Assembly: GCA_964016885.1 (NCBI GenBank)
Contig: OZ024746.1
Location: forward strand, 62,930,001 to 62,994,000
Direction of reading: 5' to 3'
Length of the DNA: 64,000 nucleotides
Source: Eledone cirrhosa
Lineage: Eukaryota
Positions 15,001 to 25,789 of the stretch are shown piece after piece. The notes beneath the pieces were generated by a model that made no database searches, was not told where the DNA came from, and saw only the letters and a list, made by a program, of their open reading frames with translations. Numbering within the stretch: position 1 is the stretch's first letter; every line of letters begins with the position of its first letter. The position numbers and the translations under genes are program-made.

Positions 15001-15141
15001 ATGGCTGCGATAGCTGGCACCTTCAAAATATGCAAAACATTCTTGCGATTCAAGGGATGACAATTTCTTTTCTTTTACAACCTTGCCACCAGGAAGGTGG
15101 CTGGTCAAAAAAATATACTCGAAATTAAGAGAAAGAGAAAA
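12024..15141 (+). mobile_element. R4/Dong-clade RLE non-LTR retrotransposon, long copy, probably 5'-truncated
   Basis: Single RT+CCHC+RLE ORF, 81-bp 3'UTR, satellite on both sides. The reading frame is open right up to the 5' junction; no TSD is visible. Confidence 0.93.
12031..15060 (+). CDS. RT plus CCHC zinc knuckle plus restriction-like endonuclease (R4/Dong-like), 1009 aa (first ATG 12061)
   Basis: SPGPDLITGYWLK, NYRPIACQNIMYK, WLDYQKAFDSVPH, GIFQGDSLS, HLFFVDDLKLY, YRYLG, RLYFSRKEGGRGL, CRLCKTKIEDVSHIVASC, RHD, PDIV...VEISCP...EKEDIY. No stops or frameshifts. Confidence 0.95.
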   Translation: MGTLQVIWNDMFQEIHSLNVSDRPYNTRVSKEPTKLELEAVNEIAGNYLKAIRSKGVETTFETLNVLLYVSAVTLLSYNTHLKPRNQDTNRKPEPAWMRNLKTKILSLRRSISHIAVVMKCNIERNFTRHQEDLKKKLERRFGDTKFKTLNSKLHQLKQQLTATTERLKYKSTAHKRQVLNRLFARDPKSVYRSFGGKSSIPVNDTPSKEQVENYWRSVWETDDGFNRQANWLKQLEQDYCQHVQTKQYDIDGSILETALQKMSNRKSPGPDLITGYWLKNFTFYRQDLIRLFTETIKGTQELPRWLSTATTLLIPKNSQTTLAKNYRPIACQNIMYKLYTGCLNLFLQDHCATNNIITPEQAGGKREVWGCIDHLLTNKMIQEKTTKNRRNMTVVWLDYQKAFDSVPHGWIIKALQLAKVPQPLVAAVERLTKNWYTNLILRGEKEQVKTDRIHYQKGIFQGDSLSVLLFVLSLNPLSYLLRKQGGQRSGPRSISHLFFVDDLKLYGPNINDIKKQLDLITQFSTDIKMKFGESKCAYLAVKRGRAVPSSRNLDMNGLTIQPLQSGDNYRYLGQDENVRYDGPINKERTRTEYLRRVKKIWSSELSAYNKYIAHNTYAVPIITPTFGLLNWSLQELSEMDVRTRKLLSVTGNFNINGDVDRLYFSRKEGGRGLKSILTTYETRIVTLKQHLQQRKKVGDHLAQVYEHEKRNIIRIATDLEERYGIKPDINLSPREIGRSYSMFKQEKKIDQFTEKVVHGYLRRKTQTIEGINHSKSLAWSSDKFMTSHLEGYLYAIQEQELPTKYLLHKRGGPAADNKCRLCKTKIEDVSHIVASCERMSSRYYLPMRHDGIARTIWNALRKTKLTTNEEEYIETDGTKEYWWNLKIKTATKLKHNWPDIVVWDHTLKTCSVVEISCPLDVNVVRKIQEKEDIYGPLMRSLQIQYPRYTFSFIPIIIGATGYIPTRLDQSMTELGFADKKRSSLIHSLQMAAIAGTFKICKTFLRFKG

Positions 15142-17036
15142 CATACATATTCATATAAATACACACATACACACATACATACATACATACATACTCATAT
15201 AAATACACACATACACACATACTTACATACATACAAACATACACACATACACACATACATACATACATACATACATACATACATACATACATACATACAT
15301 ACTCATATAAATACACACATACACACATACTTACATACAAACATACATACATACATACATACATACATACATACATACATACATACATACATACTCATAT
15401 AAATACACACATGCACACACACTTACATACAAACATACAAACATACACGCATGCATACAAACATACATACATACGTATTTACTCATATAAATACACACAT
15501 GCACACATACTTACATACATACAAACATACAAACATACATACATACATACATACATACATACATACATACATACATACTCATATAAATACACACATACAC
15601 ACATACTTACATACATACAAACATACAAACATACACACATACATACAAACATACATACATACATACTCATATAAATACACACATACACACATACTTACAT
15701 ACATACAAACATACAAACATACACACATACATACAAACATACATACATACATACATACTCATATAAATACACACATACACACATACTTACTTACATACAA
15801 ACATACATACATACACACATACATACAAACATACATACATACATACAGAAATACATACATACTCATATAAATACACACATGCACACATACTTACATACAT
15901 ACAAACATACAAACATACATACATACATACATACATACAAACATACATACATACATACATACTCATATAAATACACACATACACACATACTTACATACAT
16001 ACAAACATACAAACATACACACATACATACAAACATACATACATACATACATACTCATATAAATACACACATACACACATACTTACTTACATACAAACAT
16101 ACATACATACACACATACATACAAACATACATACATACATACAGAAATACATACATACTCATATAAATACACACATACACACATACTTACTTACATACAA
16201 ACATACATACGCACACACATACATACATACTCATATAAATACACACATACACACATACTTACATACATACAAACATACAAACATACACACATACACACAT
16301 ACATACATACAAACATACATACATACATACTCATATAAATACACACATACACACATACTTACTTACATACAAACATACATACATACACACATACATACAT
16401 ACATACATACTCATATAAATACACACATACACACATACTTACTTACATACAAACATACATACATACACACATACATACATACATACTCATATAAATACAC
16501 ACATACACACATACTTACTTACATACAAACATACAAACATACAAACATACACACATACATACAAACATACATACATACATACATACATACATACTCATAT
16601 AAATACACACATACACACATACTTACTTACATACAAACATACATACATACATACTCATATAAATACACACATACACACATACTTACATACATACAAACAT
16701 ACAAACATACACACATACATACAAACATACATACATACTCACATAAATACACACATGCACACACACTTACATACATACAAACATACAAACATACACACAT
16801 ACATACAAACATACATACATACATACTCATATAAATACACACATACACACATACTAACATACATACAAACATACACACATACACACATACATACAAACAA
16901 ACATACATACTCATATAAATACAGACATACACACACACATACACACATACTTACATACAAACATACACACATACACACATACATACATACATACATACAT
17001 ACATACATACATACAAACATACACACATACACACAT

Positions 17037-17116
17037 AATTTCTTTTCTTTTACAACCTTGCCACCAGGAAGGTGGCCCGTCAAAAAAATATACTCGAAAT
17101 TAAGAGAAAGAGAAAA
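17037..17116 (+). mobile_element. 80-bp 3'UTR-only copy of the R4/Dong-like element
   Basis: Matches 15062-15141; ends GAGAAAA|CATAC within the satellite. Confidence 0.95.
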
Positions 17117-17979
17117 CATACAAACATACATACATACATACTCATATAAATACACACATACACACATACTTACTTACATACAAACATACATACATACATA
17201 CATACATACATACATACATACATACATACATACTCATATAAATACACACATGCACACATACTTACATACATACAAACATACAAACATACACACATACACA
17301 CATACATACATACAAACATACATACGTACATACTCATATAAATACACACATACACACACATACTTACATACATACAAACATACAAACATACTTACATACA
17401 TACAAACATACAAACATACACACATACACACATACATACATACAAACATACATACATACTCAAATAAATACACACATGCACACATACCTACATACATACA
17501 TACATACATACATACATACATACATACATACATACATACATACAAACATACATACATACTCATATAAATACACACATGCACACACACTTACATACATACA
17601 AACATACAAACATACATACATACATACATACATACATACATACATACATACATACATACATACATACATACATACAAGTGTGAGGTCAATTTGTTTTGTG
17701 ATGAAGACATATATGCCAGAATGACTTATAGACTGTGATGTACTTAATTATCCAGAAAGACAAATATATAATTACACACACAATTTCAGATGCAGGTATG
17801 TTGACATATGACACAGCAGGACAGAAATGCAGTAGTGCAGTAGTGCAGTGGTGCAGCAGGGTTCTTGCTGTGAGTATCACTATAGTGTGTGAGGTCGGTT
17901 AATTGTTGTTTTAAGGACATTAACCATTTCACACTTCATTACAAACTAACACGCCATGAACAACTTTGCAGCTACACTA

Positions 17980-19072
17980 ACAACTATCACCACCGCCACC
18001 ATCACCACTGTCACCACCATCGCCACCACCACCACCACCATCACCACTATCGCCACCATCGTCACCACCACCGCCACTATCACCACTATCACCTCCATCG
18101 CCACCACCACCACCACTATCACCACTATCACCTCCATCGCCACGACCACCGCCACCATCACCACTATCACCTCCATCGCCACCACCACCACCACTATCAC
18201 CACTATCACCTCCATCGCCACCACCACCACCACTATCACCACTATCACCACTATCACCTCCATCGCCACCACCACCACCACTATCACCACTATCACCTCC
18301 ATCGCCACCACCACCACCACTATCACCACTATCACCTCCATCGCCACCACCACCGCCACTATCACCACTATCACCTCCATCGCCACCACCACCGCCACTA
18401 TCACCACTATCACCTCCATCGCCACCACCACCGCCACTATCACCACTATCACCTCCATCGCCACCACCACCACCACTATCACCACTATCACCTCCATCGC
18501 CACCACCACCGCCACTATCACCACTATCACCTCCATCGCCACCACCACCACCACTATCACCACTATCACCTCCATCGCCACCACCACCGCCACTATCACC
18601 ACTATCACCACCATCGCCACCACCACCGCCACCACCACCATCACCACCATCGCCACCACTGCCACTATCACCACCATCGCCACCACCACCGCCACTATGA
18701 CCACCATCGCCACCATCGCCGCCATCACCACCACCGCCACTATCACCACCATCGCCACCATCGCCACCACCATCACCACCACCGCCACTATCACCACCAT
18801 CGCCGCCACCACCGCCACCACCACTATCACCACCATCGCCACCATCGCCACCACCGCCACTATCACCACTATCACCACCATCGCCACCACCACCGCCACC
18901 ACCACCATCACCACCATCGCCGCCACCGCCACTATCACCACTATCACCACCACCACCACCACCACTACCAGCACCACCACTACCACCACCACCACCACCA
19001 CCACTACCACCACCACCACTACCACCACCACCACCACCGCCGCCACCATCACCACCACCACCACCACTACCA
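17980..19072. repeat. (ACC/ATC)-derived minisatellite, 39-bp unit, degenerating to (ACC)n
   Basis: Unit ACCACTATCACCTCCATCGCCACCACCACC(A/G)CCACTATC repeated in tandem. Confidence 0.93.
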
Positions 19073-19214
19073 GCATGGAATGTTTGAGCATGACACAGTC
19101 ATCTGACTTGTCTAGCCTCAAAATGTGACAACCCATCTAACTTATGCAAGAATGGAAGATAGAAATAAAACAGAGTTGATGATGATGTGTGTGTGTGTAT
19201 TTGTATGTATGTGC

Positions 19215-19246
<32 letters not shown>

Positions 19247-19403
19247 TAAGTATTTCCGTAGAAAAGGTAAAGGAAAGAAGAGTGCTCTATGTATTGTACA
19301 GAGCTATTTAATTATATAATAAACAACACAATATAATTATTCCATCTGATGAACGAGTTGGATAGGACTGGTATATATATTTTATATATATATATATATA
19401 CAA

Positions 19404-19672
19404 TATATTAATAAATGGAAACTATATTTATAAAACCATAATTATTTTATTATATATATTTCAAGGGCAACCAAGGCAATTTTGGTGCGCTTTCATCAGA
19501 TAAAATACAAAATATGTTTTATAAAATAATTATGGTTTTATAAAATAATTATAGTTTTATAAAGATAGTTTCCATTTATTGAATATTTACTCCAGTAAAC
19601 TGTTGAGTGCTTTATATCAGTTATAAAACTTTTAAGCTTGTTGAATCCCAACAAATTAAATATAACTTCTAC
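19404..19672 (+). mobile_element. Penelope-like terminal repeat fragment with internal inverted segment, embedded in (TA)n
   Basis: Inverted arms at ~19405-19450 and ~19521-19584; GAGTGC motif; ends CTTCTAC followed by (AT)n; homologous to 20231-20500. Confidence 0.6.
19443..19507 (-). ncRNA. Type I hammerhead ribozyme motif (minimal, palindromic stem III)
   Basis: Minus strand: UAUUUUAU CUGAUGA [stem II AAGCGCACCAA..UUGGUUGCCCUU] GAAA UAUAUA UA AUAAAAUA. Confidence 0.75.
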
Positions 19673-20188
19673 ATATATATATATATAATATATATATATA
19701 TATAATATATATATATGTAGAAGTTATATTTAATTTTGAAGGATAAGTATTTACCCTTAATTTTATTCTGAGTTAAGACTCTATTGGTTTTTTCCCTGGA
19801 TTACACAAAATCTGTGGATAAAATTTCTGTCTTGACTTTTTTTGAATAGAGATTGAATTATTTTCCCATATCTTACGTTAAATATTTTCCATCTTGACGT
19901 AATAGTCACTTATATATTATGAATTGCTGTTGGCTTCTTGCTCAGATTAATTTCTCTATTTTCATTTATATATATATATATATAATAACTAGAAATTGAT
20001 TAACATATAAATAAACATGAATAATCACAGGAGATAATTTTTACAAGTCAGTAACCACACATAGCTAGGTAGGTAACTAAATAAAGTTGACCAGAACTTC
20101 AAAAATAGATACCTTATAATATGATTAATCTTCCCTGTATATATTCCATAAAGAAATATATTTCACCAATTAATCGGATGGTAAACCA

Positions 20189-20230
<42 letters not shown>

Positions 20231-20233
<3 letters not shown>

Positions 20234-20500
20234 GGAGCTTCCAACAGTAATGGTTGCATTCTTTAAGGGTATGTCAATATTTATTTATAAAACTGCTCTA
20301 TATTATATTTTATCTGATGAAAGCACACCATAATTTAACTTGGTGTCCTTGAAATATGTATAATGAAATAAATAGGGTTTTATAAATATAGTTTCCATTT
20401 GTTAATATCGTATTTTTACTCCAATAATTTGTTGAGTGCTTTATATCAGTTATAAAAATATTTGTTTGTTGTATCCCAACAATTTAAATAGAACTTCTAC
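20231..20500 (+). mobile_element. Penelope-like pseudo-LTR (solo) between (TA)n tracts
   Basis: Contains a hammerhead and the GAGTGC motif; ends CTTCTAC|(AT)n. Homologs at 19404, 50149 and 55410. Confidence 0.65.
20306..20370 (+). ncRNA. Type I hammerhead ribozyme motif
   Basis: UAUUUUAU CUGAUGA AAGCACACCA..UGGUGUCCUU GAAA UAUGUA UA AUGAAAUA. Confidence 0.72.
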
Positions 20501-20538
<38 letters not shown>

Positions 20539-20878
20539 TCACCATCATCATCATATACATGCACACACATACACAAACAGATACACACCTCCTGTGTTAA
20601 TATATATATATATATATTAACACAGGTGTGTGTAGGTGTGTATCTGTTTGTGTATGTATGTGGGGTGTGTATGTGCGCATGTGTATGTGTATGGTTGTAA
20701 CATCTGAAAGTAAAATATACTAAAAATAGGGAACATTAACATAGCCAGGAAGTTCTTATGTGAAGAGATTTCTATTTATAGAATCTTGATATTTATTCTT
20801 AGATTACTAAAAAATTGATTTGGTTACAATCTGACAGTTTCTGTGAAAAACTGAGACAGTTGAGTGGAAGGTGTGAAA

Positions 20879-21582
20879 TCATCATCATCATCATCTCCGT
20901 TTAACGCCCATCTTCCACGCTAGCATGGGTTAGATGGGAGTTGTCCCACTTGAGGCAAGGTTGGTCGGGTGACCGTGTCTCGCTCGTATAGAACTGTCTG
21001 GCAGGTTTTCTACGGCTGGATGCTCTTCCTAATGCCAACCTCATTGACAGTGTGTACTGGGTGCTTTTTGTCCTGTCTTTTACATGTCCACTTTACAGTG
21101 TGGGCTGGGTGCTTTTTTTCCTGTCTTTTACACATCCATTTTACAGTGTGGGCTGGGTGCTTTTTGCCGTATCTTTTACATGTCCACTTTACAGTGTGGG
21201 CTGGGTGTTTTTTGTCCTGTCTTTTACATGTCCACTTTACATTGTGGGCTGGGTGTTTTTTGTCCTGTCTTTTACACGTCCACTTTACAGTGTGAGCTGG
21301 GTGCTTTTTGTCCTGTCTTTTACACGTCCACTTTACAGTGTGTGCTGTGGGTGGGTGAGGCATACTGTACAAATGCTTCAGCTTGTGCTCATGGGAAATT
21401 GGGTCTTCTGTATTACTGCGTATCGCCAGAGATCCCAGTCATGTGTCATCACCTTTGAGAGGTGCAATTGGGCAAGGTTAGCTTTTATCACCTCATCCCA
21501 AGTCTTCCTTGGTCTCCCCACTTTGAGCTTCCAGCAACTTTGAGTACTCTGCACTTTTTTATGCAGCTGTCATCATCCATCC
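20879..21582 (-). mobile_element. RTE-type LINE 3' fragment with (GAT)n tail and 48-bp minisatellite in the 3'UTR
   Basis: Minus strand reads GRPRKTWDEVIKANLAQLHLSKVMTHDWDLWRYAV. About six 48-bp units lie at 21047-21340; (CAT)n at 20879 on the + strand. Confidence 0.75.
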
Positions 21583-21771
21583 AAATCCCAAATAATTTAA
21601 AATAAGCAAAACCATATATTTTAGAACATAAGACACATGGGCATATGATGCACTACTTATAATTTTAGTACAGAATATTTAGTGGACAAAAAAACTATTT
21701 AGTGTATTTAAGCAACCTCCACCTTTCACTCTTGGCACCATATCTATAATTTTTTAGTATAGTCTGATTAA

Positions 21772-21994
21772 ATCTTTAGCATTTACATTACTCTATATTT
21801 ACTATTGTATTTTTTGTGGTAAAGGCTTTATCTCACATAATTATCTCATATAATATCGAATCTATGAGATTTTGATGTTACTTATTTCGTGAAACAATAC
21901 TTTAATGTCATTATGAACGGCCAGTTATGGCCAGTTTGAACAGAAAGAGGTAAGAGAATTCTAGCCAGATATGGCTGATTTAAATGCTAAAGTG
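21772..21994. mobile_element. piggyBac-like MITE (diverged copy)
   Basis: TTAA on both sides; homologous to 56972 and 60024. Confidence 0.75.
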
Positions 21995-22510
21995 TTAAAT
22001 AAAATAAAATAAATATACTCCACCACCACCACCAAATACCAGTGCTTAAAGTAACTAATTTACAATAACAACATTGTACATCATATATTTACACCATCTA
22101 AGCATGATTGAAATATCAGGAAAAGGAGGGTTTCAAAAGAAATCATTTATATTTAATTTATTCTACATGATAATTAGATGCAGAGGTTGCTTAGCTACAG
22201 GAAAAAATAAACATTTTATAGAAAATCAAATCACTAATACTTTCTATTGAACATAACATAAAACAGATCAGCATAGCAGAAAAATACCCTTCACAACTAA
22301 AATATCACACATAATACTGTACAAGTAAAAGCTACTTAGATATAGAGATTCATTTAAATGAAAAGCAAGATACCAGTTTCTTTCTATTGAATTTGAATTT
22401 GGAAGCGAGTGTCACAGAAAAGTTCTTTACCAGGTAACCATGAATAAATGTAAATCATATACATTGGTAACATATAATTATTTTAATGTTAATATTACTG
22501 AACACAATAA

Positions 22511-23045
22511 GGGTGGTGGTTAAGTAGAATTGGTAGCATGTCTGATAAAATTCTGTTGTGGTATTTGTTCTGGTTCTTTACGTTCTGTACTCAAATCCTG
22601 CTAAGGTCAACTTTGCCTTTCATCTTTCCAGTGTCAATAAAATAAAGTACTAGAATCAAGTACTAGTCTAAAAAAAAAAGTCTAAAGTCTGTCTTAAGCC
22701 AGAAGGCTCATTTGGCCGGTGCTTATCCTGGTTTCATGGCATGAAGCGACTGAGAGTACAAGACTTCCCCTGGACAGGACGCCAGTCCATCGCAGGGTTA
22801 AACCCCCAGCTATTGCTGGTACTCATTTTCAGCTGAGTATACTGGAACAACGTGAAATAAAGTGTTTTGCTCAAGAACACAACACTCAACCCAGGAATCG
22901 AACCCACGACATTATGATCGTAAGTCCAACACCCTTACCACTAGGCCACGTGCATCCACATAATCAAGTACTAGGATCGATTTAAATCGACTTATCCCTT
23001 CCCCCAAATTGTTAGCCTTGTGTCTAAATAAGAAATCAATATTAT
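22511..23045 (+). mobile_element. Diverged tRNA-derived SINE (family A), split by a nested SINE
   Basis: CTCAAATCC..GGTCAACTTTGCCTTTCATC core, with the 3' part resuming after 22962. Confidence 0.7.
22667..22961 (-). mobile_element. tRNA-derived SINE (family B, CORE-like) with 13-bp TSD
   Basis: TSD AATCAAGTACTAG at 22654-22666 and 22962-22974. Minus strand has A box TGGCCTAGTGG, B box GGTTCGATTCC and GTGTTCTTGAGCAAAACACTT. Confidence 0.85.
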
Positions 23046-24573
23046 TGACAAAATAATAGAATTGGGTAGAGGGAATTCTTAGTTTTTAAAAATAGTTTAG
23101 TATTATTGAATGCCTGAAAATACCATCTCATCAAAATAATCATCCATCTTGTTGTTTATAGAAATTGAACTTCTCATATTATTGTATTGAAATAATTCAG
23201 CCAAGAGCATTACTAATTCCACACTAAAAGGATTTCCCAATCGTTTCAAATCTTATATAATCCCTTGATTTGTTTCACCCACTTACACCCCTCTGTAATG
23301 GTGGACTAATTCACTCTTTCTCTGGGTGTGACATCATCTTCTGACTCTCCTGGTCATATGTTCCACTGTTCCTGCATATTTTATTTCAATGGTTTATTTG
23401 TTGATACAATGAAAATGGCTCATTGCTTCAGAAGGAATGACAGCTATTTAAGTCATCAGAAGGAATGACAGCTATTTAAATCAGCAATTCAGTAGGAATG
23501 ACAGCTACTTAGCTCATCAATTCGACCACACTTGTCTTAATGGTTCCAGTTCTATGTGTTTTAAATTGATCCCAGATTAAAAGAGAAACTTTTATTTAGA
23601 GTTTAGCCAGGTGCCTTGCCTATACGCTTTGTAAATCATAATTTTCATCCATCCATACTTTTACATGATCATGAACAAGTACACCTTGTGAAATTTTGTC
23701 ATTTAGTTGAGTTTTCCTTTAGAATTTATAAAATGATAACAATTTAGGACCATCAACACAACACCCCATGTTCTGTATTCATTTCAATTCAAACTAAATT
23801 TGTTTTCATTTATTTATTTAGCCTTTTTATTTACACAAAATTTGAATCTTATATGCCATTAAATACAGTAGATATTGTTCTGAGGAGAAGAATAATTTAA
23901 TCTCAGCAGACATGATGACAACTCTGGACATGTTTCAGTCTTATTAGACCTCATAATAAAAGCATATTCATTCTAATGTTTAGTAAATTAATGTAGATAG
24001 AGAGCCCCGACTGCTGGGAGATAGTTGTTTCTGTGGAAACAAGCAGAGAACAAAACCTTCATGCTAGCAAGAAAAAATTATGTCTTATAGAAAATCTGCA
24101 TGCAACATCCACACAAGGAATACAAGTCTTTATATGCCAGATCTGCAGCTATGCTGGTGCAACAAAATAATTTAAGACCTGAGTACATGCTGCAAAATGG
24201 CTGGTGATAGAAAGAGCATCCAGCCATAGAAAACTTGCTAAACAAATGTTTGGGAGGTTCCTTCAGTTATGTCAAGACATGACAACAATCTCCCTGGTGC
24301 TGGTGATCTACATGATAAATGCACCCAATACATGTTATAATGGGGTTGATGAAATAAAGGCCATCCAACCGTAGAAGGCTTGTTAAACAAAGGCTTGGGA
24401 GGCCCCTTAAGTTATATCAAAACATGACAACTCCACTAGTGGTTGTGTCATGATAAAATACACTCGGTAGAGAGCAGGACTATATGAAAGCAAGAATGAG
24501 GGTTATGGGCTGGTCTGAGAGGTAAGTAGACCTACAGTCTGTGAAGAGCTGTCCAATCCTTGCTAGCATTTTA

Positions 24574-24601
24574 AATAATAATAATAATAATAACAATAAC
24601 A

Positions 24602-24687
<86 letters not shown>

Positions 24688-24708
24688 GGTGGTGGTGGTG
24701 ATGATGAT
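24574..24708. repeat. Compound (AAT)n(GAT)n(GGT)n microsatellite
   Basis: Seen directly. Confidence 0.95.
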
Positions 24709-25409
24709 TGGAATTTTTTGTGGTTGAATTTATGAGAAGAGATCATGTGATTGAAGGATTTACTTATTAAAACTAATAACTGCGTTTGATTGTACTGATA
24801 AAATGTAAATAAACTACCACCCAACTAACTAGTGACATGTATGTTCTCTTCCTTATCAATTGTTTTATGGCTTCAAAGTTTTGTTAATCTGAAATAAATT
24901 AAATGAAGACTTGAAAACTAATTAGAGGCAGCTACTTAATCAGTGAGCAATAAATTATAGATGATGAACATTTGTGAAGTAATGAAATAACTAACGTTTG
25001 AAATTTATAATAAATGCTCCAAAAAAGATTAACTGACTTAGAAATTGAAATAGGCACCACAAAGCTCCAGAAATTCAAATGTTCTGTGAAATAAAATATG
25101 TTTAATTAAATTCAATAACATCTTATATGTTTTTTTTGTTTTTTTTTTATTATTATATGAATAAATTCTCCCTCTGAAAATAATTAATTCATTTAATGTC
25201 TTATTAGAAATAGGATGGTGAGGATTGAACATAAAATATAATTATGAATTCCATAATTTTTAGAAAATCATATAAAGGATTCTAATATAAGATCATTTAG
25301 AGAGCACTGCTGTAGATCTTGGGTAGAAAAAGTTTTGAGATCCATTGTTAAATTGCAAGAGTATAAAAAAAACCTGTGGGAGCATTTGTACTGAGAATAA
25401 TAAATCTTT

Positions 25410-25772
25410 CATCATAATCATCATCATCATCACCATTTTACATCCATTCTTCCACGCTAACATGGGTTAGATGGGTTGTCCTGTTGTGGGCAGTGTCCGG
25501 TTGGCTGACTTTGTCTTGCTCATACTGGAACTGATTCTGACATGATTTCTACAGCTGGATGCCCTTCCTAACACCAACTTCATTTACAGTGAGAGTTGAG
25601 TGCCTTTTTTCCGTGGCGCCTGCACGTCCACTTTACAATGTGGGCTGGTGCTTTTTTGCCGTGGCACCTCCACAACCACTTTGCAGTGGGCGGGGGTATT
25701 GTCTATATGCTTCAGCTTCGGCTTGTACCCATGGGAAGTTGGTCTTCTGTATTACTGCGTGATGCCAGAGGT
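25410..25772 (-). mobile_element. RTE-type 3'UTR fragment, same family as 20879
   Basis: Shares CTTCCACGCTA.CATGGGTTAGATGGG and CTGGATGC.CTTCCTAA with 20879; (CAT)n tail. Confidence 0.7.
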
Positions 25773-25789
25773 CACAAAATTCATAAATA

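Larger units (their letters stand above)
1..17676. repeat. CATA/CAAA-rich satellite (monomer core CTCATATAAATACACACAT(A/G)CACACATACTTACATACATACAAA..., ~44-90 bp) with ~2.6-3.0 kb higher-order repeat
   Basis: Monomer core recurs throughout. Rare variants recur in fixed order: ATGAACAC at 697, 5383, 9061, 11889 and CAGACATATTT at 3711, 6664, 10205. The array runs off the left edge and is interrupted by five insertions. Confidence 0.97.

Noticed and set aside
1-17676. Dozens of MYVCMYVC / HTYIHTYI ORFs
   Set aside because: Translations of the CATA satellite; no domain content.
1-17676. CRISPR-like repeat-spacer appearance of the CTCATATAAATACACACAT core
   Set aside because: The intervening sequences are simple repeats, not unique spacers; no cas genes; eukaryotic context.
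17677-17900. Possible small host exon (TTTCAG...GTGAGT)
   Set aside because: Splice-like motifs only; no recognisable protein and no partner exons.
17889-19136. Thr-rich mucin-like and His-rich ORFs of ~400 aa
   Set aside because: Open in several frames on both strands because the trinucleotide repeat lacks stops; no signal peptide or splice support.
23922-23962. Minus-strand UUAUGA-GGUCU/AGACU-GAAACAUGUC hammerhead-like relic
   Set aside because: The core is degenerate; not supportable from one copy.
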